A DNA stretch of 64,000 nt, taken from NCBI GenBank assembly GCA_037133395.1, contig JBAXOG010000002.1:26180-90179 (forward strand), read 5' to 3'. The stretch is from a bacterium. Its GTDB lineage: Bacteria; Verrucomicrobiota; Kiritimatiellia; RFP12; UBA1067. The position numbers and the translations under genes were made by a program. The notes beneath the pieces are model-generated. The model did not search any database. It had not been told where the DNA came from and was given only the letters and a program-made list of their open reading frames with translations. Each line of letters opens with the position of its first letter. The first letter of the stretch is position 1. Below, piece after piece: positions 9,112 through 18,532 of the stretch.

Positions 9112-10827
9112 TTACTTTCCGGCCCTGTAATGGGCACTCACTTGCTCTGGGCTGAGGACGTGATCGTAAATGGCCAACTCGTCCAACTTGCCATCCAAAA
9201 AGCTACGCTCATTGAGTTCCTTGCCTTTTTCATCGAGGGGACGCACTGAAACCCCTGCTTTCGCCGATCGTAGACAGCCTCCGACTTCAATATCCATCGG
9301 ATTGTTGATAGGTCCGCCGCTGTCGTCCATCGAGACGGCAACAACACCGTCGACGTAAAGCCGGTTGGCACCCGCGCTGTCGCGGGTCCACACCAGGTGA
9401 TGCCAGACTCCGTCGTTGATCCTGAACAACGAGCCCATGAGTTGATCCTCCTTCTTGGTTGGAGAACGCCACTCTTGCTGCGACCCGATACCGACGATCA
9501 CGCGGCCCTCGTTCTGCCCCGGCGTGAATGAGCCGCCGGCAAGACTCCAATCAGCACCGAGACCAGGCACATCCTTGCTGACAAGTACCGCATCCCCCGG
9601 CCAGTACGTGTTGCTCCAATTCTCGCTGGTGCAAATCCAGAACTCCACCGAGAGGCTGTTCAAGGATAAGCCCGCATCATGCGGTACGCGCATCAACGCC
9701 GAAGAGCCATCGAAGCACGCCGCCCGCCCACCGATGCCTGGCACCCCAGGAACCGAGCGGACATTGCCGTGATAGCTGCCCGCGCGACGGAGACCGGAAC
9801 AGTCGACCGTCACCGTGTTGTTGCTCATCGCCTCTTCTTCGAAACGCCAGAACCCAACCGGCCGGTCCGCCAGCACAAGCCGGGCATAAGAGTTACGAAC
9901 ATCCTGCGGCTCCTCTTTCGGCAGGCTTCGTACAAAACCTTCACCCACCGAGTTGGTGCTGAACAGGGTCGCGCGTCCGTCCGCGTCGATCTGCAATTGC
10001 TGTCCTGCCAGCAACTCCGTGGCATTGCGCACGTCACCCGTGCGCGATATCTGCTCCATCAGTTCTTGAGAAGACTCCACTTTCACCAAGCCTGTGAAGG
10101 TGTGGACCTGGCTCGCGCCGGACTCCTCGGCCCTGATTCCAAACTCGGTTCCGAAATCCACCACCCGTGAGCTGGGCGTTTGGACGACGAACCCGATGGC
10201 TTTCTTGGGAACCATGCACGTTACCGCGCCGGTTCGAAGGAAGGCCCGGTCACGCGACTGGATCTCCAACACACTCGGCCCCTCCAAGATCATCCGGGCG
10301 CCGCTGTCGAACTCGATTTCGCACAACCCTTGAACCAACTGAACCGTTCCGCACGTCAGACGGGTTCCGACCGCCGTCGCCTGCCGGCTGGTGCCCCACA
10401 GACATTTCACCGCATTGACCAGCGTGGCCACCTCGTCGGGTCGAGAAACGAAGGCCCTGCCCGTCACCTCCTGCCGTCCGCCCTGTGACTGGAACCGCAG
10501 CACCGCGCCCACCCCCAGCAAAAGGGCAACCGAAGCCGCCAGCGCCAGCCAGCGCAGCGGGAACCGCGTAGCCTCCTGATACGGCACCGTCACCGGCGCG
10601 ACAGGCTCTTCCTTCTCATCGAAAGTCCCGACATGTTCGGATTCCCCCCGATAGCGCCACAGCATGCGTGCATGCAGATGCATGTACTTCACGTAAAACT
10701 CCCGTGCGGCAGGATCCGCTTTCAACCTCTTTTCCAGTTGTGCGTCCTGCTCCGGCGTCGCACGCTCCTCGAGAAGCGTATCGATGAGTTCTTTCAGAAC
10801 CTCTTGCTCTTTGGCGTGTATACTCAT
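9112..10827 (-). CDS. FecR-domain anti-sigma factor with C-terminal LamG (concanavalin A-like) domain
   Basis: TM segment WLALAASVALLLGVGAVL; FecR motifs EIEFDSGARMILEGP and TPSSRVVDFGTEFG; LamG motifs GFWRFEE, WHHLVWT, LYVDG, GKLDELAIY. ATGA overlap with the sigma stop supports start 10827. Confidence 0.9.
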   Translation of the reverse strand: MSIHAKEQEVLKELIDTLLEERATPEQDAQLEKRLKADPAAREFYVKYMHLHARMLWRYRGESEHVGTFDEKEEPVAPVTVPYQEATRFPLRWLALAASVALLLGVGAVLRFQSQGGRQEVTGRAFVSRPDEVATLVNAVKCLWGTSRQATAVGTRLTCGTVQLVQGLCEIEFDSGARMILEGPSVLEIQSRDRAFLRTGAVTCMVPKKAIGFVVQTPSSRVVDFGTEFGIRAEESGASQVHTFTGLVKVESSQELMEQISRTGDVRNATELLAGQQLQIDADGRATLFSTNSVGEGFVRSLPKEEPQDVRNSYARLVLADRPVGFWRFEEEAMSNNTVTVDCSGLRRAGSYHGNVRSVPGVPGIGGRAACFDGSSALMRVPHDAGLSLNSLSVEFWICTSENWSNTYWPGDAVLVSKDVPGLGADWSLAGGSFTPGQNEGRVIVGIGSQQEWRSPTKKEDQLMGSLFRINDGVWHHLVWTRDSAGANRLYVDGVVAVSMDDSGGPINNPMDIEVGGCLRSAKAGVSVRPLDEKGKELNERSFLDGKLDELAIYDHVLSPEQVSAHYRAGK

Positions 10828-11360
10828 GTGCAAATCTCCTCTGACAAACGGCGGGTGATGCAGTCATACAGCAATCCGCGAATCCGCCTCAATTTCTTAT
10901 AAACCGTATCCATCGGACACTGGAGATCTCTCGCCACGTCCTTCACAAAAACACGTGTCTGGTAACAGCGCTCTACCAAATCACGCTCTTCCGTCGGTAA
11001 CTTTTTCATGCACTGTTCAAGCGCACTGGCTCGGCGCTCCAATTCATCGGCTTGGTTTAACTGCTCCTCGGCAATATTTTCCAGCAGCTCTGCATCCCAA
11101 TTCACGACGGGGCTGCGCGTCTGCCGCTTGCGGTGATCCAACACCTTATACAAGGCAATCCGGCACGCCCAAGCGTAAAAACTCGTGCCGGGCTGGAACT
11201 CACTAAAGCGCCGAAACAGCACAAGATAAGTCTCCTGCAGAATATCATCCGCATGTGAATGATTTCTCAGCAGGGAAATGATAAACCCATAAAGACGAGC
11301 TTGGTTAGCCAGTAGCAACTGAATGAATTGTTCGTTGGTTTTTGTATCATCCATATACAT
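10824..11360 (-). CDS. ECF RNA polymerase sigma-70 factor (Rhodopirellula/Verrucomicrobium type)
   Basis: LYGFIISLLRNHSHADDILQET; FYAWACRIA; region 4 VYKKLRRIRGLLYDCI. Confidence 0.92.
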   Translation of the reverse strand: MYMDDTKTNEQFIQLLLANQARLYGFIISLLRNHSHADDILQETYLVLFRRFSEFQPGTSFYAWACRIALYKVLDHRKRQTRSPVVNWDAELLENIAEEQLNQADELERRASALEQCMKKLPTEERDLVERCYQTRVFVKDVARDLQCPMDTVYKKLRRIRGLLYDCITRRLSEEICT

Positions 11361-11476
11361 CTCCCGTGAGCCACACCTCGTTGAATTCCGATCACAACCA
11401 TCATTACTTTCTAGCTTACCTCATTATGTATATTGACACCATAATTAAAAATGTGCGTTAAAATTCAAAAAAATGT

Positions 11477-11860
11477 GAAGCGAATACGCTTGTACCTTAT
11501 TGCGTGATTGCCTTATTGCCTTGTTTATTGAAAACTGCGGCTCACCAAGATCCGGTCCGGCAGTGGCCGGACCGGACCCTACCTTTCGACGAGGACTTGG
11601 GACACGGGACCTGGGACTTGCAGGAACAGTCGCGTTTTCGTACTAGCGACTCAATCGGTCAACCTTGTCAATGCGGTCAGTCGCGTTAGTCGCTCACTCA
11701 GTCAATCGGTCAAGGGGTCAATCCGTCACAAACCGAGATAGCGCGTAGCGCGCAAGGTAGGTAGAACCGCCTGCCACGCCGTAGCCGTAGTGTAGGCAGC
11801 CAGGCGCTCGTCCCTCCCAAAAGCGACTTCTCCCACCATTCCATTATTCCAGCATTCCAA
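11477..11860. repeat. Mosaic intergenic cluster of REP-like hairpins and 8-bp-period tandem repeats
   Basis: aagcg-aata-cgctt hairpin; tattgc(c/g)t repeats at 11498-11530; 11-bp stem at 11551-11576 with GTAG 5' on the minus strand; gggac repeats; gtcaa repeats; gctcgtccctccc half-REP; cattccaN x3 at 11837-11860. Confidence 0.85.
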
Positions 11861-11872
11861 TGCCGTTAACGC

Positions 11873-14779
11873 TTACTCGACTGCTGTTTTATATTTGATG
11901 CGCTTGTTCATGTAGAGGTCATATTTTTCGCGCTCGCCGTCACTCCAGGCGCCAGCCTCCGTATAGTTTTCGCAGAAGGGCACGCAGAGGTCAACCCACA
12001 TCGCGATAACAGCGACTTCTTGGGCTGTGATGGTCTTGCAATGGCCAGCATCCAGCTTTTTAAAGAACGGACTGGTATTCGATCCTTTGAAATAGGGCGG
12101 AATCAGTTTGACCGTCGAAGCCGCAGTGATCCAGTTTAGCAACTCGTGGTCTGCATTGCCGCGCCAACGCTGGCCCCCCTTCTTCTCATCTGAACGTGAA
12201 TGAGTCAGTGTCAAATAGGACTGCAACCAGGTGCGTTTCGCACCCGAGTCCAATACAGGCGTCTTTGTCAAATCATAGGTTCCTGGAAGTTTGTCTCCCT
12301 TTCCATCATGACACTTCACGCAATGACGGTCGAGAATCGGCTGAACTTCCTTGGTAAAGCTGAAGCCGCGCTTGGGCCCATTGATCGGTGCCAAGGCCTG
12401 TGCGCCTGTGGCTAGCGCTTTTGTGGTGCTTTTCTTATAGCTGGAGGGGACGCTATTCTTATTCTCATGGCATCCGACGCACGAAGCATTCTCGCCCTGT
12501 TGAAGTGTTGTCCAGCTTCGCATGGTCTGAACCATACGTCCCTTTTCATCCAGCAAAATAAAGTAAATCGGCTTGCAGGATTCTGTCTTGAAGAAGACAG
12601 ATCCGTCCTCGTAGACCTTTGCATCGCCCACGAGTATCTTCGGATCCCACGCGCCATTACCAATCGCAACAGGCGTACTCACCAGCGCACCGCCACCCGG
12701 CCCTCCATTGCCATTATTGCCAATGCCTGCCACGCGGAATTCAAGCTCAGCAACGCGCAGCGTCTTAATGGTGCCGCGCTTTACATCCTTCATGGGCTCG
12801 CCTTCATACACGTCCTGAATATAGAAGGAACCCTCTCGCTTGCCGTCCTGCACCATGGAGGGGCGTTGCAACGGACGCTTACGTGGAACAAGCGGCACCG
12901 CACGTCCGCAAGCCAAGCCCAGACGCGAGGCAAGTATCTCACGTTTGCCATCGATATCCATCCAGTAAATACCAAAGCCTGTCTTGCGATCACGGTCACG
13001 ACGACCTCCGCCCTTCGCGCCCCAGCCGATGGGATTGTACGTCACCACCAGTTGCTTCTGGTCGATCGGATAGGGATAAGCAAAGAGATCGTTTTCTTGT
13101 CCATAGCCATCGATGCGGATCGGATCTATTGCCGGCGGCGGACGGACAGGCGCCACAATCGTGATGCCTTCCGTTTCTTGACGTCCCTTGGCGGGCTCAA
13201 TGAAAATCAGCTCGCCCGGCTGGAAGGAGTGATGTCCCGTTGCAATAGCAAAGATGTTCGGCGACCCCGGAACAGCGCGGGCATGCGCAATGGTCGTCGG
13301 AAACCAGGAATTTTCGCCATAGACCGCAGTCTGTGCGGTGCCGTCTGGGAACATCTGGAACAAGGGCTGAGGATACATCTGGGAACGGTCATTGTATTCC
13401 CAGCGCGTGTACAGAATGCGGTTGTCCCACGTGAGGGTCGGATAGTTATCATGTACTTGGTCAAAAGCCATGCGCCGAATGTTTTTCCCGTTGGCGTCGC
13501 ACCCATACAGGTTACTCACCTCTGTCCACCAGCAATCAACCGTCTGCATACAACGCGAAGAGTTAAAGATAATCTTTCCATCGGCAAGATAACACCCTTC
13601 ATAATCTGCGACCCCCACGCCCTCCGTAAGCTGACGCATCTCTCCAATCTTCGTCCCAGTAGCATCCAAGGTGCATTCATAAAGATGGTAGTCATCCTCG
13701 CGGTCAGACTTTTTCCACGAGAACATGATCTTCTTGCCGTCAAAGTCCACATCGACATCACGAATGATTCCTTCCTTTGTCTCCAAAAGAATGGTCTCTT
13801 TCCAAAGTCCGTCCGGTGTCGCGTCTGCAAGGCAGAGCTGACCGCCAGCCCCAAAATTGCGTTCCGCCTGAGCATCAGAGACGGCTTCCGTATAGGCATA
13901 GTGTGATCCGCCCATCACAAAGTGACGCGCATAGACAAGCCTCGGCATGCCGCTAAAAACAGGTTTCAGACGAGCGGCGCGACGCGCCAAGCAAACCTTG
14001 CGATAAAAAGCGAGCATGGCCTTTACGTCATTTCCAGCAGGTACTTGCTCGGTATTCCATTTGCCACCCACATTCGTCCGCACGTCAGCCAGAGCCGCTT
14101 CCATGGCAACCTTCAGTTGCGCAACGCAATCCCCCTTATTTAGCAAGGCCATTCCATAATTATCCTTTAAATCTTGGCGCAACCAATCAGCCAGCAACTC
14201 ATCGCTCGTCTCAATCGCATCCCAAAGCTGATGATATGTCTGAGCCTTCTTCTGTAAGGGTTGCCCCAACAACTGTTCAACAAAAACAATAGCTTCTTCA
14301 GGGGACGAGACGGACGGACGAGGCCCGATATTTACATCAATCCCCTGCCCGCCCGAAGTCTGCAAGCAATGAACAGCAATGAAATTCTGTCCCTCTTTCA
14401 GGGTCGCTTGCGCCTCCTTCGAGATGGAAAATTCACGATATTCCGTAATATACCCCTTCGTCTCACAAGCCTTTAAACCATTGATATAGACGGTCGCATC
14501 CTCATCGTGGATCATCTTGAGGACACACGGGATTATCTTCTTAGGTTCCAATTGGAATGCGCGACGCATCCAAATATCTTTTGTGCGCCACTCGGTCTTC
14601 ACCTCAATATTCGGCGTGCCGGGTGTACCAAAGGGGCTTTCGCCCTTCTTCCAGGCGTCATCCTTAAAGTCCTGCTTAAACCAATCGTCAGCAGGCTTTA
14701 TAAAGGTATACTTCCACTCAACAGCCTGTGCAAAAAATGTCGCCCCTAAACACCCCATAACAAATAATACTTTTCTCAT
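11873..14779 (-). CDS. HzsA-like protein (hydrazine synthase alpha middle-domain family): N-terminal jelly-roll, beta-propeller, two c-heme motifs
   Basis: Signal peptide; galactose-binding-like HDEDATVYING; propeller DVDFDGKKIMFSWKK and GRILYTRWEY-like NRILYTRWEY; KPIYFILLDEKGRMVQTMRSW; CVGCH and CVKCH. Confidence 0.8.
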   Translation of the reverse strand: MRKVLFVMGCLGATFFAQAVEWKYTFIKPADDWFKQDFKDDAWKKGESPFGTPGTPNIEVKTEWRTKDIWMRRAFQLEPKKIIPCVLKMIHDEDATVYINGLKACETKGYITEYREFSISKEAQATLKEGQNFIAVHCLQTSGGQGIDVNIGPRPSVSSPEEAIVFVEQLLGQPLQKKAQTYHQLWDAIETSDELLADWLRQDLKDNYGMALLNKGDCVAQLKVAMEAALADVRTNVGGKWNTEQVPAGNDVKAMLAFYRKVCLARRAARLKPVFSGMPRLVYARHFVMGGSHYAYTEAVSDAQAERNFGAGGQLCLADATPDGLWKETILLETKEGIIRDVDVDFDGKKIMFSWKKSDREDDYHLYECTLDATGTKIGEMRQLTEGVGVADYEGCYLADGKIIFNSSRCMQTVDCWWTEVSNLYGCDANGKNIRRMAFDQVHDNYPTLTWDNRILYTRWEYNDRSQMYPQPLFQMFPDGTAQTAVYGENSWFPTTIAHARAVPGSPNIFAIATGHHSFQPGELIFIEPAKGRQETEGITIVAPVRPPPAIDPIRIDGYGQENDLFAYPYPIDQKQLVVTYNPIGWGAKGGGRRDRDRKTGFGIYWMDIDGKREILASRLGLACGRAVPLVPRKRPLQRPSMVQDGKREGSFYIQDVYEGEPMKDVKRGTIKTLRVAELEFRVAGIGNNGNGGPGGGALVSTPVAIGNGAWDPKILVGDAKVYEDGSVFFKTESCKPIYFILLDEKGRMVQTMRSWTTLQQGENASCVGCHENKNSVPSSYKKSTTKALATGAQALAPINGPKRGFSFTKEVQPILDRHCVKCHDGKGDKLPGTYDLTKTPVLDSGAKRTWLQSYLTLTHSRSDEKKGGQRWRGNADHELLNWITAASTVKLIPPYFKGSNTSPFFKKLDAGHCKTITAQEVAVIAMWVDLCVPFCENYTEAGAWSDGEREKYDLYMNKRIKYKTAVE

Positions 14780-14808
14780 CCCTGTTTCCCCTTATCGTAT
14801 GAACCTTG

Positions 14809-14860
14809 CCGCCTAAAGGCGGAACTCCAAACAAAACACTAACGCACTAACGAACTAACC
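14809..14860. repeat. GGAG-type REP-like hairpin plus three 8-bp tandem repeats (cactaacg)
   Basis: ccgcct-aa-aggcgg-aactcc at 14809-14828; cactaacg/cactaacg/aactaacc at 14837-14860, overlapping the stop codon of the dehydrogenase. Confidence 0.8.
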
Positions 14861-15792
14861 TTCTCACCCTTCAACACCTTGATGATGTTGTCAACCGCCA
14901 TGATCCCCATACCCTTGACTGCTTCAGCCGTATGCGCGCCCGTGTGCGGCGTAAAGATCACATTCTTCAATCCCTTTAGCGGCGACACCAACAGCGGCTC
15001 CTGCTCAAACGCATCCAACCCGAGGCCACCCAGTTGCCCGCTGACAACCGCTTGCGCAGCCGCCTCTTCATCAATGAGCCCGCCCCGCGCGGTATTGATA
15101 ATGATAGCACCCTTTTTCATCTTTGCAATACGTTCCGCATGGATCATGCGTTTCGTCTCGTCGTTTAAGGGCACATGCAAGGAAACAAAATCAGATGTGG
15201 TGATCACTTCATCCATCGTCTTCTTTGCAATACCGTTCGCAGAAGCAAACGACTCATCAAAGAAGGGATCATACGCAACCACCGTCATACCAAAAGCGAT
15301 TGCGCGTTTCGCAAGATTTTTGCCAATGGCTCCAAGGCCCACAATGCCGAGGGTCTTGCCATTCAGCTCCATACCCTCATTCCGTGGCCACTCCCCAGCC
15401 TCCACGGCCTTGTGCAGACGGGGAATATTGCGCGCGACACAGAGCATCAATGCGAACGCCAATTCGCAGACTGCCACGGCATTGGTGCCTGGGGTATTGG
15501 TCACAATAATACCTCTGCGCTTGCATGCTGGCAAGTCCACGCGGTCAACACCCGCGCCATAGCGACTAATGACTTTCAGACTTGCAGGTGCTTTTTCAAT
15601 GACCTCAGCGGTGATGTAGTCGAGACCCGCCACATATCCATCTACCCCCTCAAGGCGGGCAAGGATCTCTTCGGGTTGAAGAGGCTTCCCTGTTTCGTTG
15701 TAAACCACTTCATCTGCAAATGCTTCAAGTGTTTTCCTGGCTTGCGCATTTTCAGGTTTCAGAAAAGATGTGGGCGTCGCTAATATTTTCAT
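14839..15792 (-). CDS. D-isomer-specific 2-hydroxyacid (phosphoglycerate dehydrogenase-like) dehydrogenase
   Basis: RYGAGVDRVD, GIVGLGAIG, INTARGGLIDE, TPHTGAHT; RBS GGAGGG before ATG 15792. Confidence 0.9.
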   Translation of the reverse strand: MKILATPTSFLKPENAQARKTLEAFADEVVYNETGKPLQPEEILARLEGVDGYVAGLDYITAEVIEKAPASLKVISRYGAGVDRVDLPACKRRGIIVTNTPGTNAVAVCELAFALMLCVARNIPRLHKAVEAGEWPRNEGMELNGKTLGIVGLGAIGKNLAKRAIAFGMTVVAYDPFFDESFASANGIAKKTMDEVITTSDFVSLHVPLNDETKRMIHAERIAKMKKGAIIINTARGGLIDEEAAAQAVVSGQLGGLGLDAFEQEPLLVSPLKGLKNVIFTPHTGAHTAEAVKGMGIMAVDNIIKVLKGEKVSSLVR

Positions 15793-15803
15793 GGTCCCCT
15801 CCG

Positions 15804-16412
15804 TTACTTCCATTTCGGATTGTCAATCGCTGCGGGCAGACCATCCTTCTCAACCAGAAGTTTACGATAACCCTTGGTTTCAATGGTACCGTAATCATGT
15901 CCGGCGTCCGCACGAAAAACAAAGAACGTAAAAAGCGGCTCCGTTGCACTGACGTTGATACTGCGATGCGCATAGCGTTTAGGAACGTAAACAACCTTGC
16001 CGGGCGTCAATTCCTGCGCAGACCAATCGCCTTCAGGGTTTTCCAGCAACATATAACCATGACCGCCCATACAATAATAAATCTCCGCAGTATCCAGAAT
16101 CGTGTGAAAATGTCCCTTGGTCATGAAATACTCATGCCCCACCTTTCCAGGATAAGTAATGGAACAGCCAAAGGCAAGGTCGCCCGCATGCTCTGGCACC
16201 CCCATTTCATGAAATTCATAGACAACAGGATCGCCCTGCTTGAGCATTTCTGCATACGCAACATCATCCGCAAACATGCCCTTCATCTGGCTTAATTTGC
16301 GCTGGGTTGTCGCCTTCTTGTCAGACGCTCCTGTCTTCAAATTAAAATCAATCAGAAATCCCCGTTCATAATCAAACGGATTTTCACTCGCATTAAAACT
16401 TGCCATATTCAT
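15804..16412 (-). CDS. Cupin-type (archaeal-like) glucose-6-phosphate isomerase family protein
   Basis: EYFMTKGHFH, AEIYY, PKRYAHRSIN, DAGHDYGTI. Confidence 0.9.
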   Translation of the reverse strand: MNMASFNASENPFDYERGFLIDFNLKTGASDKKATTQRKLSQMKGMFADDVAYAEMLKQGDPVVYEFHEMGVPEHAGDLAFGCSITYPGKVGHEYFMTKGHFHTILDTAEIYYCMGGHGYMLLENPEGDWSAQELTPGKVVYVPKRYAHRSINVSATEPLFTFFVFRADAGHDYGTIETKGYRKLLVEKDGLPAAIDNPKWK

Positions 16413-16433
16413 CCTTGTCTATAACTTCAATGG

Positions 16434-16600
16434 AATTGCCTTATTGCCTTATTGCGTTATTGCCTTATTGAATTCGTGTGGTTCGTGTTATTCGATGCTA
16501 AAAAGTTACTCTTTCGTTTATGGCCGGGGTCTCACTGCCAACTGCTACTGCCTACTGCCACCCTGTCCGCCGTAGGCATCGCGAAGGCGGATGTGCCGCC
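16434..16600. repeat. Intra-operon cluster of short tandem repeats and a hairpin
   Basis: tattgcct-type octamer x5 at 16434-16473; ttcgtg x2; actgcc(a/t) repeats; tccgcc..aaggcgga hairpin. Confidence 0.8.
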
Positions 16601-16613
16601 TCGGGTGGCTGGC

Positions 16614-17573
16614 TTACCTTCTATTGAACTCAGATGCCACACGGTCACACTCTTTCAGCAAGGCGCCCTCGATCTTGAGATCAAACACTTCAGCAATGAC
16701 CGATGTCCAACCGTAAATGAAGTACATCCAGCCATCCTCGACATAAAGGTTGCGGTCTGCCTTCTGCTCCAACCCCTGATGCATGAAGCGCAGGTCTCCG
16801 CGATAGTTAATCTCCCAAACTAACGCGTTTTGCGGAAACTTCGCGGCATCGGTCAGCGGAGATCCTGGACGGTCTTTACCGAGACCAGTCGCATTAATGA
16901 TGAGGGATCCTTTGGGCATCTTGTGTAACACGGTGTCATTCTGCCCAGGATCAGGCGTGAGAAAATACTCACATACTGTCTGTCCCTTTGTATTGAGCAG
17001 GGTCTTATTGATATGTTCAATTTCATCCAAGCGAGGCTTGCTACGATTCGCAACAATAATCTTGGATGGGTAATTGCCTGCGAATGCATCGCGCAGAAAG
17101 TAAGAGCACATGGAAATCGCGCTGCCACCTGCACCCATGATAAAAACACCGGCCTCCGGATTAGTTTTCCAGTAATTTTTGGGGACAAATTCTTCAAGTG
17201 CCAAACCACAGGTAATTGGATCCTTGGCATGGCCGCACAATTTTGCCCCGCGCTTTGAAATGGAAGAGAGTTCGCCGAACTGCGTGGCATACGGATCAAG
17301 ATAGTCGAACATGTCCTTGCAGGCGTCAAAGAGGTCAATCTTGTGCGTTGTCACCAGCGCACCCATGGAGAGCGGATCTTCTCTTAAAAACTTCACAACC
17401 TTACGATAAACTTCGGGGTCCGCATGAATCGTGATATCAATGCCCTTCATGACCGTATTTTTCAACCCCAATGTCTTGGCCCATTCCGGAAAGACCTTCA
17501 TGATGGATGAACTTCCAGTCGTCACGCCAATAAAGTACATCGTCGGTTGTGTCGCTGGCTCAAAGTTAAACAT
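16614..17573 (-). CDS. Shikimate/quinate dehydrogenase-like NAD(P)-binding protein
   Basis: GALVTTHKID, MGAGGSA, VANRS, INATGLGK, WEINYRG; divergent from AroE. Confidence 0.7.
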   Translation of the reverse strand: MFNFEPATQPTMYFIGVTTGSSSIMKVFPEWAKTLGLKNTVMKGIDITIHADPEVYRKVVKFLREDPLSMGALVTTHKIDLFDACKDMFDYLDPYATQFGELSSISKRGAKLCGHAKDPITCGLALEEFVPKNYWKTNPEAGVFIMGAGGSAISMCSYFLRDAFAGNYPSKIIVANRSKPRLDEIEHINKTLLNTKGQTVCEYFLTPDPGQNDTVLHKMPKGSLIINATGLGKDRPGSPLTDAAKFPQNALVWEINYRGDLRFMHQGLEQKADRNLYVEDGWMYFIYGWTSVIAEVFDLKIEGALLKECDRVASEFNRR

Positions 17574-18531
17574 GTCGCTTCTCCTTATTTATTCTCAGCG
17601 CTTCTTGTGGATTAGCCACAAGCATTTTTTCGCAATCTTCTTTGTTAACTCCTCGTTGCACTAGATAGGGCAGGAAGGTCTTGCTCAGGTAATCAAGTCC
17701 CATATCACCGCCATAATTATGTAACCGTACGCGCGTACTATCGAGCCCCAGCAGCAACTGTCCTGCATAGTCATTCTCAATCATCGCGCAAATTAAATCC
17801 GCCTCTTTCACATCATCGTGATACTTCACCCGATTAATCGTGTCATATTCCAAAAAAACCCCAGTGTCGAGACAGTCCTTATGATAGGCAAAATCATATT
17901 GTGCGCGATCCAAATGGCAGAGGATAATGCGGTGGGACTGAATCCCCCTATTTGCAAAGAAGATCAGGATTTCCAACGCATCCGCGCCCTTTTCAACATG
18001 GCAAAAGATGGTTGCTCCTGTTTCGACCGCAGCAGCAGCGGCAGCCTCAAAGAGTTTCTCGTAGGTCGCATCCGCATAAATGCCGCCTGCGTCAACGGCC
18101 ACTTTGATGAGGCCGGCTTTACAAAAGAGACGTTTTGCACCTGCACCCATAGACGAGAACATCCCCTGTTCAACTTCGCTGATGTAGAACTCGGTTATCG
18201 CTTGGACCGAATCACGGAAGATGTAACTGTCAGCATTGTAAAAGAGTGTCTTATGAAATCCCGTAACCGCAATGATCTTCACGCCCGTCTTTTCTGAAGC
18301 CGCCAACAAATGCTCGGCCATACGACCCGCAAACACAGGCTGCGCATCCACGAGGCTTTGACCGCCACAGGAGCGAAAGAGCTCGAGCTCAGCGGACGAT
18401 TTATCAAGATCGTCTATAAGCAAAAGAGGAGAAACTTCGAACGCTTTGCAACGCTCAATAAAGAGATGCTCATGACACTGGCAAAAGCCAAGTGTCTTCG
18501 CCTCAATATCACCTGTTACAGTCCGCACCAT
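17566..18531 (-). CDS. Phosphotriesterase-related amidohydrolase (possible lactonase)
   Basis: VRTVTGDI, CHEHL metal motif, IFCH, LCHLD, LLGLD. Confidence 0.88.
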   Translation of the reverse strand: MVRTVTGDIEAKTLGFCQCHEHLFIERCKAFEVSPLLLIDDLDKSSAELELFRSCGGQSLVDAQPVFAGRMAEHLLAASEKTGVKIIAVTGFHKTLFYNADSYIFRDSVQAITEFYISEVEQGMFSSMGAGAKRLFCKAGLIKVAVDAGGIYADATYEKLFEAAAAAAVETGATIFCHVEKGADALEILIFFANRGIQSHRIILCHLDRAQYDFAYHKDCLDTGVFLEYDTINRVKYHDDVKEADLICAMIENDYAGQLLLGLDSTRVRLHNYGGDMGLDYLSKTFLPYLVQRGVNKEDCEKMLVANPQEALRINKEKRHV

Positions 18532-18532
18532 A

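Noticed and set aside
11873-14779. Anammox hydrazine synthase
   Set aside because: There are no hzsB/hzsC or other anammox genes; the context is carbohydrate catabolism and the similarity is at domain level only.
16614-17573. aroE shikimate dehydrogenase
   Set aside because: It is divergent from AroE and embedded in a sugar catabolic operon with no aromatic biosynthesis genes, so no symbol was assigned.
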